64,000 nucleotides of DNA from Candidatus Binataceae bacterium. GTDB lineage: Bacteria; Desulfobacterota; Binatia; Binatales; Binataceae. Shown one piece after another: positions 48,968 through 58,667 of the stretch; position 1 is the first letter of the stretch; each line of letters starts with the position of its first letter. The stretch spans positions 10,828-74,827 of the forward strand of contig DASPOF010000089.1 in assembly GCA_035626155.1 (NCBI GenBank), read 5' to 3'. The notes below the pieces were generated by a model. That model searched no databases and was not told where the DNA came from. It saw only the letters and a program-made list of their open reading frames with translations. A program made the translations under genes and the position numbers.

Positions 48968-51364
48968 ATGCGAAACATTGCCATCGTGGCACTCGGGCTG
49001 GTGATTCTGCTTGGCGGGCCGCGCTGTTCCTGGTGCGCGCCTGCGGCGGCGGCGAAACCGGCGCGCGCGACAATATCAGGCACGGTCCGCGATGCGCTCA
49101 ATCGGCCGGTCGAGGGCGTATTGCTGTCGCTTCAGGACAGCAGGGGCGGGATTGCGGCGCGCGCGCATAGCGGGCCCAAAGGTGAATTCCGCTTTCGCGA
49201 TGTGGCGCCGGGCGTGTACGCGATCATCACCGAGAAGCCGGAGTTCAAGCCCGCGACCGCGATCGTCACCGTTACCGCAAGCGGCGCGGCGCCGGTCGCC
49301 TTGACTATCGAGTCGCAGGCCGCGCTCAGCGTGGCGGTGATCGCCAAGCGGCTCAATATCGCGCGCAACCGCTTGTCGCCCGAAACGGGCGGGAGCGTGT
49401 ACCAGTTCAGCAAACAAGCGATCAACGATCTGCCGCAAAGCGATAACACCGCGCTCAACCAGGTCGTTCTGCAAGCGCCCGGCGTCGCGCAGGATTCGTT
49501 CGGACAGCTTCACGTGCGCGGCGATCACGCCAACCTTCAATACCGGATCAACGGCGTCCAGCTCCCCGAAGGGATCACCGGCTTCGGGCAGGCGCTCAGT
49601 CCGCGCTTCGCGCAAAGCATCAGCCTGCTTACCGGCGCGCTGCCTGCGCAGTTCGGATTGCGCACCGCCGGAATTATCGACATCAAGACCAAGGATGGCC
49701 TGCTCGACAACGGCGGCGACATCGATTTCTACGGCGGACAGCGCGGCACCACTCAGCCGAGCTTCGAGTACGGCGGGTCGGAAGGGAACTTCAATTATTT
49801 CGTGACCGGCCAGTATCTAGGCACCGACCGGGGCGTCGAGCCGCCGACTCCCGGGCCGACCGCGATTCACGATACGAGCAACCAGGGCAACGGATTCGGC
49901 TACTTCTCGTATTTCCTGACGCCGACCATCCGCATCAGCCTCATCACCGGCACGGCGATCAATCATTTCCAGATTCCGGCCAATCCCGAACAGCCGCAGC
50001 AATTCGTGCTCGCCGGGGTGCCGGTTTACCCGTCGGCGAAGGTGCGCGAGAATCAGTTCGAGCAGAACTACTTCGGCGTAATCGCGCTCCAGGGCGTGGC
50101 CGGGCCGGACTTCGACTATCAGATAGCGCCGTTCAGCCGATACTCGACGGTGACGTTCAATCCCGATCGCGCCGGCGATCTGATCTACAACGGCGCGGCC
50201 TCAAAAGTGTTTCGCAGCGACTGGGGCAATGGAATCCAGGCCGACACCGCATACCACGGAATCGCGAACCACACTTTTCGATTTGGCGGCTATTTCGATT
50301 CGGAACGCGCGGAGATCGACAATCACGAGTCGGTATTTCCGGCCAATCCGATCACCGGCAAGCAGAGTTCCGATATACCCTTCTCGATCGTCGATGACAT
50401 CGCGCTGCAAAGCTGGATCTACAGCGTTTACGTGCAGGACGAATGGAAACCGGTCGAGCAACTGACGATCAACTATGGCGCGAGGTTCGATCTCTACGAC
50501 GGACTGGTGCGCGCCGATCAGGCGAGCCCCCGCGTCGGCCTCCAGTACACCCCGATCAAGGGGACCACGTTCCACGCCGCCTACGCGCGGCAATTTACTC
50601 CTCCGGCGACCGAACTGGTGACGGTTACCGACATCCAGAAGTTCAAGAGCACGACCGGCGCGCCGCCATCGAGCGCCAACGGCACCCCGACCGTCGAGCG
50701 CGACCATCTCTTCGATGCGGGCGTCACGCAGGAGGTGATTCCCGGGCTCAATCTCGGGATCGACTCCTACTACAAGAAGGCCGCGGACCTGATCGATGAA
50801 GGGCAGTTCGGCCCGGCGCTGATTTTCGAGACCTTTAACTATGCGAAGGGGCGCGTGTACGGAGTCGAAGCCACCGGCTCATACACGCACGGCAAGCTCT
50901 ATGCCTACGCCAACTTCGCCTACAGCGTCGCGCAAGGCACCCAGGTCGAGTCAGGACAGTTCAATTTCGCGCCCGCCGAACTCAAGTACATCAGCAATCA
51001 TTATGTTTTCCTCGACCACGATCAGACGTTCACCTCGTCGGCTGGCGCGGTCTACAACTGGCGCGACTACATGTTCAGTATCGACGGAATTTACGGCAGC
51101 GGGCTTCGGAGGGGGTTCGCGAACACAGGCAATCTGCCCTTTTACATTCAGGTCGACGCCGCCATCAGCAGGAGAATCGATCTGGGGTCGCGCGGCGCGC
51201 TCGAGCTTCGTGCGGCGGTAGTCAATCTCAACGACCGGATTTACCAGATTCGCAACGGCACCGGGATCGGCGTCTTCGCCGCGCAGTACGGTCCGCGCCG
51301 CGCCCTGTACGGCGGCATCAAGTGGGAATTGCCGACCTTGAAGGCGGCTGGAGCGGGACGCTGA
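48968..51364 (+). CDS. TonB-dependent receptor with an N-terminal carboxypeptidase-regulatory-like domain
   Basis: Signal peptide, a CarbopepD_reg-like beta-sandwich (ISGTVRDALNRPVEGVLLSL...FRFRDVAPGVYAI), a plug domain and a 22-strand barrel. Confidence 0.8.
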   Translation: MRNIAIVALGLVILLGGPRCSWCAPAAAAKPARATISGTVRDALNRPVEGVLLSLQDSRGGIAARAHSGPKGEFRFRDVAPGVYAIITEKPEFKPATAIVTVTASGAAPVALTIESQAALSVAVIAKRLNIARNRLSPETGGSVYQFSKQAINDLPQSDNTALNQVVLQAPGVAQDSFGQLHVRGDHANLQYRINGVQLPEGITGFGQALSPRFAQSISLLTGALPAQFGLRTAGIIDIKTKDGLLDNGGDIDFYGGQRGTTQPSFEYGGSEGNFNYFVTGQYLGTDRGVEPPTPGPTAIHDTSNQGNGFGYFSYFLTPTIRISLITGTAINHFQIPANPEQPQQFVLAGVPVYPSAKVRENQFEQNYFGVIALQGVAGPDFDYQIAPFSRYSTVTFNPDRAGDLIYNGAASKVFRSDWGNGIQADTAYHGIANHTFRFGGYFDSERAEIDNHESVFPANPITGKQSSDIPFSIVDDIALQSWIYSVYVQDEWKPVEQLTINYGARFDLYDGLVRADQASPRVGLQYTPIKGTTFHAAYARQFTPPATELVTVTDIQKFKSTTGAPPSSANGTPTVERDHLFDAGVTQEVIPGLNLGIDSYYKKAADLIDEGQFGPALIFETFNYAKGRVYGVEATGSYTHGKLYAYANFAYSVAQGTQVESGQFNFAPAELKYISNHYVFLDHDQTFTSSAGAVYNWRDYMFSIDGIYGSGLRRGFANTGNLPFYIQVDAAISRRIDLGSRGALELRAAVVNLNDRIYQIRNGTGIGVFAAQYGPRRALYGGIKWELPTLKAAGAGR

Positions 51365-51366
51365 GC

Positions 51367-52065
51367 ATGGACGAGCGGTTCAGCGAGTACGCGCCCTACC
51401 GGCAAGCCGCACGGCGGCGATTTGCCTGTACCATCCCGCTCTCGGTCAGCGTGATGACGCTGATACTGATCGAGGCGGCGCTCATCAGGCCGAATCTCCC
51501 GCCGCCGCCCGAATTCAATGCGGTCGAGGCGCGCTTAATCGAGCTCGCCCCGCCGCCCAAGCCCGCCGGCCTCCAGGGTGGAGCCGCTCCCGCCACCGCG
51601 CCAAAGCCCCGGCGCCGGCCGGCTCCGCCGCCCAGTGCGCGTAAGGCCGAAGCCGCACCGCCGATCAAGAAAGGGGAAGTTACGATCGTGACTGTGCCGG
51701 CGCCGGCCGGTCCGTCTTCAGGCTCAAAGGGGGCGGCGGAAGAGGGCGGGGTCGCGGGAGGGACGGGGATTGGCAGCGGCCGCGGGCTCGGCAATGACAG
51801 CGCCGGCGCGCGGGCGATTTATGCTCCGATTCCGAAAATACCCGACGATCTGCGCGAGGAGAGCTTCAAGGCCATCGCGATCGCGCACTTCAGGGTTCTG
51901 CCGGACGGCACCGTACAGGTTTCGCTGGCGACGCCGACCTCCAATCCGCGGCTCAATCAGATCCTGCTGGCGACGCTGGAACAATGGCGGTTCTTTCCGG
52001 CGATGAGGGACGGGGTCGCGGTGCTGTCCGAGTTCGACGTGCGAATCCCGATCGCCGTCGAGTGA
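51367..52065 (+). CDS. TonB-family energy transducer
   Basis: N-terminal TM, a Pro-rich spacer (PPPPEF...PPPKPAG...PKPRRRPAPPP) and a TonB C-terminal domain. Starts 2 nt after the receptor stop. Confidence 0.75.
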   Translation: MDERFSEYAPYRQAARRRFACTIPLSVSVMTLILIEAALIRPNLPPPPEFNAVEARLIELAPPPKPAGLQGGAAPATAPKPRRRPAPPPSARKAEAAPPIKKGEVTIVTVPAPAGPSSGSKGAAEEGGVAGGTGIGSGRGLGNDSAGARAIYAPIPKIPDDLREESFKAIAIAHFRVLPDGTVQVSLATPTSNPRLNQILLATLEQWRFFPAMRDGVAVLSEFDVRIPIAVE

Positions 52066-52151
52066 GCGCGGGGAGGGAAACGAGCTTCGCCGCGCCAAGT
52101 TCGCGCGGCGTCGCATGAGTTCGCGCGGTGGCGCGCCGCGTCTCGGGGTGA

Positions 52152-53192
52152 TCAGCCCGCCTGGGCCTGCTTGAGCGGGACCACGACGCCCTCGCTCATG
52201 ATGTTGCGCAGATGCGCGGCCGCATCCTCGGGCGGCACCGGATTGATGTAGAAGCCGGTGCCCACCTCGAAGCCCGCGACCTTGGTCAGCGCGGGAGTGA
52301 TCTCGAGATGCCAGTGATAATGCTTGCTCTCCGCCTCGCGCAACGGCGCCGAATGGATGATGTAATTGAACGGCGGATCATCGAGCGCCGCCTTGAGCGC
52401 GCTAAGCGTCACCTTGAGCGAGTTGGCGAGCGCGCGATACTCCGTCGCGGTCGCATACACGAAGTGCGAGGAATGCACCTTCGGGATGATCAGAAGCTCA
52501 AACGGAAAACGCGCCGCGAACGGACATGAGACGATGAAGTGGTCGTTTTCGATCACGACGCGGCGGCCGTCCTGGCTCTCCTGGCTCACGATATCGCAGA
52601 AGATGCAGCGCTCTTTGCCCTGGTAGTAATCGTTCGACCCGCGCAATTCCTGCTGCACGCTGAGCGGGATAATCGGGAGCGCGATTAGCTGGGAGTGCGG
52701 ATGCTCGAGGCTCGCCCCCGCATCGGCGCCGTGATTCTTGAAGATGATCACGTACCGGAAGCGCTCATCGCGGGCCAGATCGAGCACGCGATCGCGGTAC
52801 GCCCACAACACCTCCTCGATCTGATGCGGCGTGAGGTCGGCCATCCCCTTGTCGTGTATCGGCGTGTCGATTACCACCTCGTGCGCGCCGATCCCGTTCA
52901 TCAGGTCGTACAAGCCCTCGCCCCGGCGGCCAGCCGATCCTTCAATTCTGAGCGCGGGGAACTTGTTGGGTACTGCGCGCACCCTCCATCCGGGCGCGTT
53001 GGCGACGGAGCCGGGCTCGCGATACGCAAGCACCTCGGGTGGCGTCAGATGCTCCATGCCGTAGCAGAAGACGCAGGCGCCGTTCTTGCCGGGTTCGACG
53101 TGAGCCTTGCGGAAGTCCGACGGGCGCTTGCTGCGCTCCGTCGACATGATTACCCATCGCCCGACGACCGGGTCTTTCCTCAATTCAGGCAT
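52152..53192 (-). CDS. galT: galactose-1-phosphate uridylyltransferase (HIT-family nucleotidyltransferase)
   Basis: CVFCYGMEH...zinc site, HPHSQLIALP HxHxQ motif, and a second half-domain ending HYHWH. Confidence 0.85.
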   Translation of the reverse strand: MPELRKDPVVGRWVIMSTERSKRPSDFRKAHVEPGKNGACVFCYGMEHLTPPEVLAYREPGSVANAPGWRVRAVPNKFPALRIEGSAGRRGEGLYDLMNGIGAHEVVIDTPIHDKGMADLTPHQIEEVLWAYRDRVLDLARDERFRYVIIFKNHGADAGASLEHPHSQLIALPIIPLSVQQELRGSNDYYQGKERCIFCDIVSQESQDGRRVVIENDHFIVSCPFAARFPFELLIIPKVHSSHFVYATATEYRALANSLKVTLSALKAALDDPPFNYIIHSAPLREAESKHYHWHLEITPALTKVAGFEVGTGFYINPVPPEDAAAHLRNIMSEGVVVPLKQAQAG

Positions 53193-53470
53193 CTAAGCGA
53201 CCTTCCCCCAATGGCGGTCGAAAACGTATGCAACACCCTGCACCTTCGCGGGCGGCCAATGCAACTGGAATTTTGGAGGGCATTTTAAAGGTCGCCACGC
53301 TTTGGCCCTTCTATTCCTAGTAAATCACTCATTAGGATGCCAAACCAGCAGGAAGATAGCCCCCGCTGTGGAGGGCAGGCAGATGGGCGCTTCCACCCGT
53401 CTTCAACCCTATCCTTCCCGGATGGTTGAGACAGGTGGGGCGCTCCCGCCCAAAGAGGTTTGGAACGGCG

Positions 53471-55894
53471 CTAGTTGAGCGCGGTCCGCTCGATTCGCAC
53501 GGGCGCCTCGGCCGGATGCTCGGCAGCGCCGTCGCGCAGTGCATAACGGAGAACCTCATCGACCGTGTCGACGAAGATCAGTTCGAGTTCATTGCGCAAT
53601 TCGGCGGGGATGTCCTCGAGGTCGCGCTGGTTGCGGCTCGGCATGATGACCGTATGAATTCCGGCGCGCCGCGCCGCGAGCACTTTTTCCTTGATCCCGC
53701 CGACCGGAAGCACCTTTCCGCGCAACGTGATCTCTCCGGTCATCGCGACGTCCGGTCTAACCGGCCGCCCGCTCAGCAGCGATGCGAGCGAGGCCGCAAT
53801 CGTGACGCCGCCGGAAGGACCGTCCTTGGGGATCGCTCCCGCCGGGACGTGAACGTGAATGTCGGACTTTTCGAAAAAGTCGGCCGGGATGCCGAGCCGG
53901 TCGGCGCGCGAGCGAATGTATGAAAGCGCAGCCTGCGCCGACTCCTTCATCACGTCGCCCAGAGAGCCGGTAAGGGTGAGTCCCTTCTGGCCCGCCATCC
54001 GCGTGCACTCGATGAACATGATGTCGCCGCCGTTGGCGGTCACGGCAAGGCCGGTTGCGACGCCCGGCTCGTTGGCGCGTTCGGCGACCTCGGAGTAGAA
54101 CCTCGGCGATCCGAGGTAGCGCTGAACGTCTTCGACGGTGATTCGTTCGGGCAGCTTTTCGCCCTCGGTGTACGCGCGCGCAATTTTGCGGAACACGCGC
54201 GCAATCTCCCGCTCGAGATTCCGCAACCCCGCCTCGCGGGTGTAGCTCCGGATGATCTCGGCCAGCGCCTCGGGAGCGATCTCCATCTTGGCATCGGCCA
54301 GGCCATTCTCCTTTAGCTGCTTGGGAACCAGGTGCCGCTGGACAATCTGGAGTTTCTCCTCCTCGGTGTAACCCGGAAGTTCGAGCACCTCCATCCGGTC
54401 GCGCAGCGCCGGCGGAATCGGGTCGAGCACGTTCGCGGTCGTGAGGAAGAGAACCTTCGACAGGTCGAACGGGACGTCAAGGTAATGGTCCACGAAGCTG
54501 TTGTTCTGCTCGGGATCGAGCACCTCGAGCAACGCTGCCGCGGGATCGCCGCGGAAGTCCATGCCGAGCTTATCGACCTCATCGAGGATGAACAGCGGAT
54601 TATTGGAGCCTGAGTTGCGGACGCCCTGGATGATCCGACCGGGGAGCGCGCCGATGTAGGTCCGGCGATGGCCCCGGATTTCCGCCTCGTCGCGGATTCC
54701 GCCAAGCGACAGCCGCACGAACTTGCGCCCGAGCGCCCGCGCGATCGAGCGGCCGAGCGAAGTCTTGCCCGTTCCCGGCGGTCCGACGAAGCAGAGGATC
54801 GGGCCCTTGGTGTCCTTCTTCAGCTTGCGCACTGCGAGGAACTCGAGGATGCGCTCCTTTATCTTTTCAAGGTCGAAGTGGTCCTCATCCAGGACCTTGT
54901 GCGCGTTGGCGATGTCGAGGTTGTCCTCGGTCCCGACTGCCCACGGCAAGCTCACCAGCCAGTCGAGGTAAGTGCGCACGACGGTGTGCTCTGCCGACTC
55001 GGGCGGGATCATCTTGAGCCGGTCGAGTTCCTTATCGGCCGCCTTGCGCGCTTCGGGAGGCATGTTGGCCTCCTCGACCTTCTTCTGAAGCTCCTCGAGT
55101 TCGCCCGAGCGTACGTCGCCCTCGCCGAGCTCCTTCTGGATCGCCTTGAGCTGCTGGCGCAGGTAGTACTCGCGCTGATTCTTGTTGAGTTCGGTCTGAA
55201 CCTGCGACTGGATCTTGTGGCCCAGCTCGAGGAGCTCGATTTCGCGGGTCAGGATGGTGATGAGCTTCTCGATGCGCTGGCGGACGTCGGTGGTGGAGAG
55301 CAGGTCCTGCGCCTCCTCGATGGCGATCTTGAGGTAGGAGGCGACCATGTCGCTGAGCTTGCCCGGCTCCCGCACCTGCATCGCGGTTACCTGCAACTCG
55401 TCGGGAAGATATGGCACCAGCGAGACGAACTTCGAGAACTGGCTCACCAGGTGAGCATGAAGCGCCTCGACCTCCTTGTCGGCCGGCGCGGTCTCCTGGA
55501 GCCGTTTTACGCGCGCCACGAAAAATGGCTCGCGCTGGACGAACTCTCCCAATTCGATTCGCGCGATTCCCTGCACCAGCACGCGTACGCTCTGATCGGG
55601 GTAGCGCAGGACGCGCAATACGCGGACCGCGGTGCCGCGCGCGTACAGCGCGTCAGGGGTTGGGCTCTCGTCCTCGGGATTCCTCTGGGCGGCGAGCGCG
55701 ATTACTCGCGTCGCGGTGCCGAGATCCTCGATGAGCTTCAGCGATGATGCCCGAGAGACCAGGAAGGGCAGGATTTGGCTTGGGAAGACCACGATGCCGC
55801 GCAATGGCAGCACCGGGAGCACCTCGGGAATCTCAACCTTGCTCAGGTCCTCCTCGATGTCGAAACGTTTTTCGCGAGCTGGTTTATCAGCCAT
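53471..55894 (-). CDS. lon: ATP-dependent Lon protease
   Basis: N-terminal LON domain, AAA+ module (GPPGTGKTS), and S16 protease domain with PKDGPSAG catalytic Ser and K. Confidence 0.97.
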   Translation of the reverse strand: MADKPAREKRFDIEEDLSKVEIPEVLPVLPLRGIVVFPSQILPFLVSRASSLKLIEDLGTATRVIALAAQRNPEDESPTPDALYARGTAVRVLRVLRYPDQSVRVLVQGIARIELGEFVQREPFFVARVKRLQETAPADKEVEALHAHLVSQFSKFVSLVPYLPDELQVTAMQVREPGKLSDMVASYLKIAIEEAQDLLSTTDVRQRIEKLITILTREIELLELGHKIQSQVQTELNKNQREYYLRQQLKAIQKELGEGDVRSGELEELQKKVEEANMPPEARKAADKELDRLKMIPPESAEHTVVRTYLDWLVSLPWAVGTEDNLDIANAHKVLDEDHFDLEKIKERILEFLAVRKLKKDTKGPILCFVGPPGTGKTSLGRSIARALGRKFVRLSLGGIRDEAEIRGHRRTYIGALPGRIIQGVRNSGSNNPLFILDEVDKLGMDFRGDPAAALLEVLDPEQNNSFVDHYLDVPFDLSKVLFLTTANVLDPIPPALRDRMEVLELPGYTEEEKLQIVQRHLVPKQLKENGLADAKMEIAPEALAEIIRSYTREAGLRNLEREIARVFRKIARAYTEGEKLPERITVEDVQRYLGSPRFYSEVAERANEPGVATGLAVTANGGDIMFIECTRMAGQKGLTLTGSLGDVMKESAQAALSYIRSRADRLGIPADFFEKSDIHVHVPAGAIPKDGPSGGVTIAASLASLLSGRPVRPDVAMTGEITLRGKVLPVGGIKEKVLAARRAGIHTVIMPSRNQRDLEDIPAELRNELELIFVDTVDEVLRYALRDGAAEHPAEAPVRIERTALN

Positions 55895-56096
55895 GGTTAG
55901 ATTCGAACCTCGTAGGGAGGGGACCCCGCCTCACCACGCTTCCACCAATTCCGGGATTTACCGTAGTATATGGGTGCCGGGCAGACAAGGAACCTCCAAA
56001 CTCAAAGCTAACCACGCCTGGCGCTCCGCGCCACCGGCGAGGAGGTTATCGAAAATTCGGTTCGAGAAGCTATTCAGCGCCGAGGAAGCCAACGAG

Positions 56097-56474
56097 ATGA
56101 TTCCCCGGCTGGAGATACTCCTGCGCGATCTGCAACTGGCAGCCAACGCCTTGCGCAATCGTGTCGGCGAACTCGCCGATTCGGACACGGCGGCGGCCGG
56201 TTCTGAGCTCCGCGACCTTATTGCCCGCTATCCGGAGCTTGGAGGATTTGCCCGCCGGATGGCCGAGGCGGCGAAGCAAATCGACTTGTTGGGCTGCGTG
56301 CTCAAAGATATCGACCTGGGGCTGGTCGATTTCCCTTACGATGCGGGCGGCGGCAAAATCGTGTTCTTGTGCTGGCAGTTCGGTGAGCCTCGAATCGTCG
56401 CCTGGCACCCGGTCGATGGCGGCTTCGCCAGCCGCAAGCCGCTCCCCGGCGTGGTAAAGCCGCATCTCAACTGA
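56097..56474 (+). CDS. DUF2203-like protein
   Basis: MIPRLEILLRD...GGKIVFLCWQFGEPRIVAWHPVDGGFASRKPLPG. The track ORF 55632..56474 extends far upstream, antisense to lon, and is rejected. Coordinates may be off by 1 nt. Confidence 0.5.
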   Translation: MIPRLEILLRDLQLAANALRNRVGELADSDTAAAGSELRDLIARYPELGGFARRMAEAAKQIDLLGCVLKDIDLGLVDFPYDAGGGKIVFLCWQFGEPRIVAWHPVDGGFASRKPLPGVVKPHLN

Positions 56475-56507
56475 GGCGTTCCCAGCCGGGGCAAGAGGCA
56501 TCGGACG

Positions 56508-56975
56508 ATGGTCGCGCTTTTCGTTTATCTCCTGAGTATCGCGTGCTGGCTGGGCGCGATCGTGTTTTTCTCGTTCTTCACCGCGCCCGCGATTTTCCAA
56601 GAACTCCCGGTCGCCGAGGCGGGCAAGGTGATCGGCGCGATCTTCCCTCGCTACTACGCGCTCGGGTATGCCGCCGGCATCGTCGCGGTGCTGCTCGCGG
56701 CGTATTTCACCGCGATGCGGGAGGCGCGCGGATGGTGGGGAGGTTGCGCGTTGACCCTGGCGGTCGCGCTCGGAATCACGTTATATGCGGGAGGGGTCTT
56801 GTTGCCGCGGGTAGCCCAAATTCGAAGCGTGACCGAGCAACAGAATCCCGACGCCGAGCGCAAAGCCGAGTTCGACCGGCTTCATCATCTGTCGGTTGTC
56901 CTGAACGGGATGGTCCTGATGCTCAACCTCGCCGCCCTCGCCGAAACCGCAGGAGCCTTGACCCATCGTGGCTGA
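56508..56975 (+). CDS. DUF4149-like 4-TM membrane protein
   Basis: Four predicted TM helices; TMEM205/DUF4149-like topology. Confidence 0.5.
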   Translation: MVALFVYLLSIACWLGAIVFFSFFTAPAIFQELPVAEAGKVIGAIFPRYYALGYAAGIVAVLLAAYFTAMREARGWWGGCALTLAVALGITLYAGGVLLPRVAQIRSVTEQQNPDAERKAEFDRLHHLSVVLNGMVLMLNLAALAETAGALTHRG

Positions 56976-57726
56976 CGCACGCATCAAGGCGGTGGTGCTC
57001 GACCTGTTCGACACGATCGTCGAGTGGAATCCGGCGGGATTGCCGCGGTTCGAGTGGCGGGGACGCGAGGTTCGCAGCACGGCGCCGCTCCTGTTCAAAC
57101 CGCTCGAGGCGGCGCTCGGGGAGGGCTTCGATCGGGACGCGTTCCTGGAAATGCACGAGTCGGTCATCCGGGAAATCTTCGCCGAGCGCGCCGGAGACAA
57201 CCCGCGCGAGGTCACCTGCTACCAGCGATTCGAGCGGATTCTCCTCAGACTCGGCATCGACGATGCCCGCGCGCGCTCGCTCGCCGACGAACTGCGGCGC
57301 ACGCACATGGGGCAGGTCCGCGCGGTTACCTCGGCCCCGCCGCATCGAGTCGAAGCGGTGCATCGGCTCAAGCGCGCCTACCGGCTCGGATTGCTCTCGA
57401 ATTTCGACGATTCCGAAACCGGCCATCAGATCATGCAGGACACCGGCGTGCGGGACCTGTTCGATGCGGTCGTGCTATCGGCCGATCTCGGGCTGCGCAA
57501 GCCGAGCGCGGGGATTTTCGCCGCGATCGCCGGGATGCTCGCGCTCGATCCGCAGGAAATCCTGTTCGTGGGCGATACTGCGAACGAAGACGTGCTCGGC
57601 TCGAAGCGCGCCGGGATGCGCGCGGCGTGGATCAACCGGCACGGAAAACCGCTCCCCGATGGCATCCCGCAGCCCGACATAATCATCGCGGACCTGGCCG
57701 AATTGCCCGGCGCACTGGGACTCTGA
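56968..57726 (+). CDS. HAD-superfamily hydrolase (subfamily IA)
   Basis: AVVLDLFDTIV motif I, ...SNFD motif II, ...VGDTANEDVLGSKRAGM motif IV. Confidence 0.8.
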   Translation: MADARIKAVVLDLFDTIVEWNPAGLPRFEWRGREVRSTAPLLFKPLEAALGEGFDRDAFLEMHESVIREIFAERAGDNPREVTCYQRFERILLRLGIDDARARSLADELRRTHMGQVRAVTSAPPHRVEAVHRLKRAYRLGLLSNFDDSETGHQIMQDTGVRDLFDAVVLSADLGLRKPSAGIFAAIAGMLALDPQEILFVGDTANEDVLGSKRAGMRAAWINRHGKPLPDGIPQPDIIIADLAELPGALGL

Positions 57727-57727
57727 G

Positions 57728-58204
57728 ATGGCGCGTGCGCTCGTGATCTCGGTGATCGGCGCGGGCGATGCGCCGGCTGCGGTCTGCAAACTCGCCTTTG
57801 AACTCGGATGCGAAATCGCACGGCGCGGCGCGGTGCTGGTCAATGGCGGCCGGACCGGTGTGATGGAAGCCGCGGCCGAGGGCGCCCGCAGCATAGGCGG
57901 CCATACGATCGGCATTCTGCCCGGCTACGATCGCGCCGAGGCGAATCCGCACATCGAGTTCGCAATCGCGACCGGGATGGGCGAGGCGCGCAACGCAATC
58001 GTCGTCGCCAGCGCGGATGCGGTAATTGCGCTGGCGGGCGAGGGCGGTACGCTCGCCGAGATCGGATTCGCAAAGAAGATGCGCAAGCCCATCGTCGCGC
58101 TCGACTCGTGGCGCGAGATTGACGGCCTCAAGCGCGCGGCGACGCCCGCCGAGGCGGTCGCGCTCGCTCTCGAACTGGCTGGCAAGCTCGGACGCCGGAG
58201 CTGA
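57728..58204 (+). CDS. TIGR00725 / LOG-like (SLOG Rossmann) family protein
   Basis: ISVIGAGDA...VLVNGGRTGVMEAAAEGA...IGILP...AIATGMGEARNAIVVASADAVIALAGEGGTLAEI. Confidence 0.6.
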   Translation: MARALVISVIGAGDAPAAVCKLAFELGCEIARRGAVLVNGGRTGVMEAAAEGARSIGGHTIGILPGYDRAEANPHIEFAIATGMGEARNAIVVASADAVIALAGEGGTLAEIGFAKKMRKPIVALDSWREIDGLKRAATPAEAVALALELAGKLGRRS

Positions 58205-58621
58205 ATGGCGATGGCGCAAATCGATCACTCAATCGCGCTCGCATCGCTGCAAAGAGCCCCCTTTGCGGCGATGCTCGAGCTTAGAATCGAGTCCGCGGAC
58301 AACGGCGTCGCGGTCGCGCGGCTGCCGATGCGTTCCGAGCTGCTCAATGATGGCGGCGCAAGCGCGCCAGTTCACGGCGGTGCGATCGCATCGCTCGCCG
58401 ACTTCGCCGCGTGCGCCGCGGTATGGAGCCTCGCCGAGACCCGGCGGAGCGCGACGATCGCGATGACGGTCAATTACGCGGCTCCGGCCGTGCGCACCAG
58501 CCTCGTTGCTCGCGCGACGGTGCGCCGGGCGGGCAAGCGCGTCGCGACGCTCACGGTCGAAATCCGCGACGACTCGGGCGCGCTCGTAGCCGATGCGCTC
58601 GTCACGTACAAAATCGCGTAA
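58205..58621 (+). CDS. PaaI-family hotdog-fold thioesterase
   Basis: ...VHGGAIASLADFAACAAV...; 138 aa. Confidence 0.7.
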   Translation: MAMAQIDHSIALASLQRAPFAAMLELRIESADNGVAVARLPMRSELLNDGGASAPVHGGAIASLADFAACAAVWSLAETRRSATIAMTVNYAAPAVRTSLVARATVRRAGKRVATLTVEIRDDSGALVADALVTYKIA

Positions 58622-58667
58622 TCATCGGCCGCTCGGCCGGCACGTCAAACAGGGATAGGATCGAGCG

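Noticed and set aside
55895-55925. tRNA-like GGTTCGAATC T-loop motif right next to the lon start
   Set aside because: It lies in the lon ribosome-binding region (GAGGTTCGAATCTAACC-ATG on the coding strand). The flanks cannot form T-stem or acceptor stem pairings and there is no CCA context.
55632-56096. N-terminal 155 codons of track ORF 55632..56474
   Set aside because: Antisense to the lon 5' end. The recognisable DUF2203 sequence begins only at MIPRLEILL, with its own AGGAGG ribosome-binding site.
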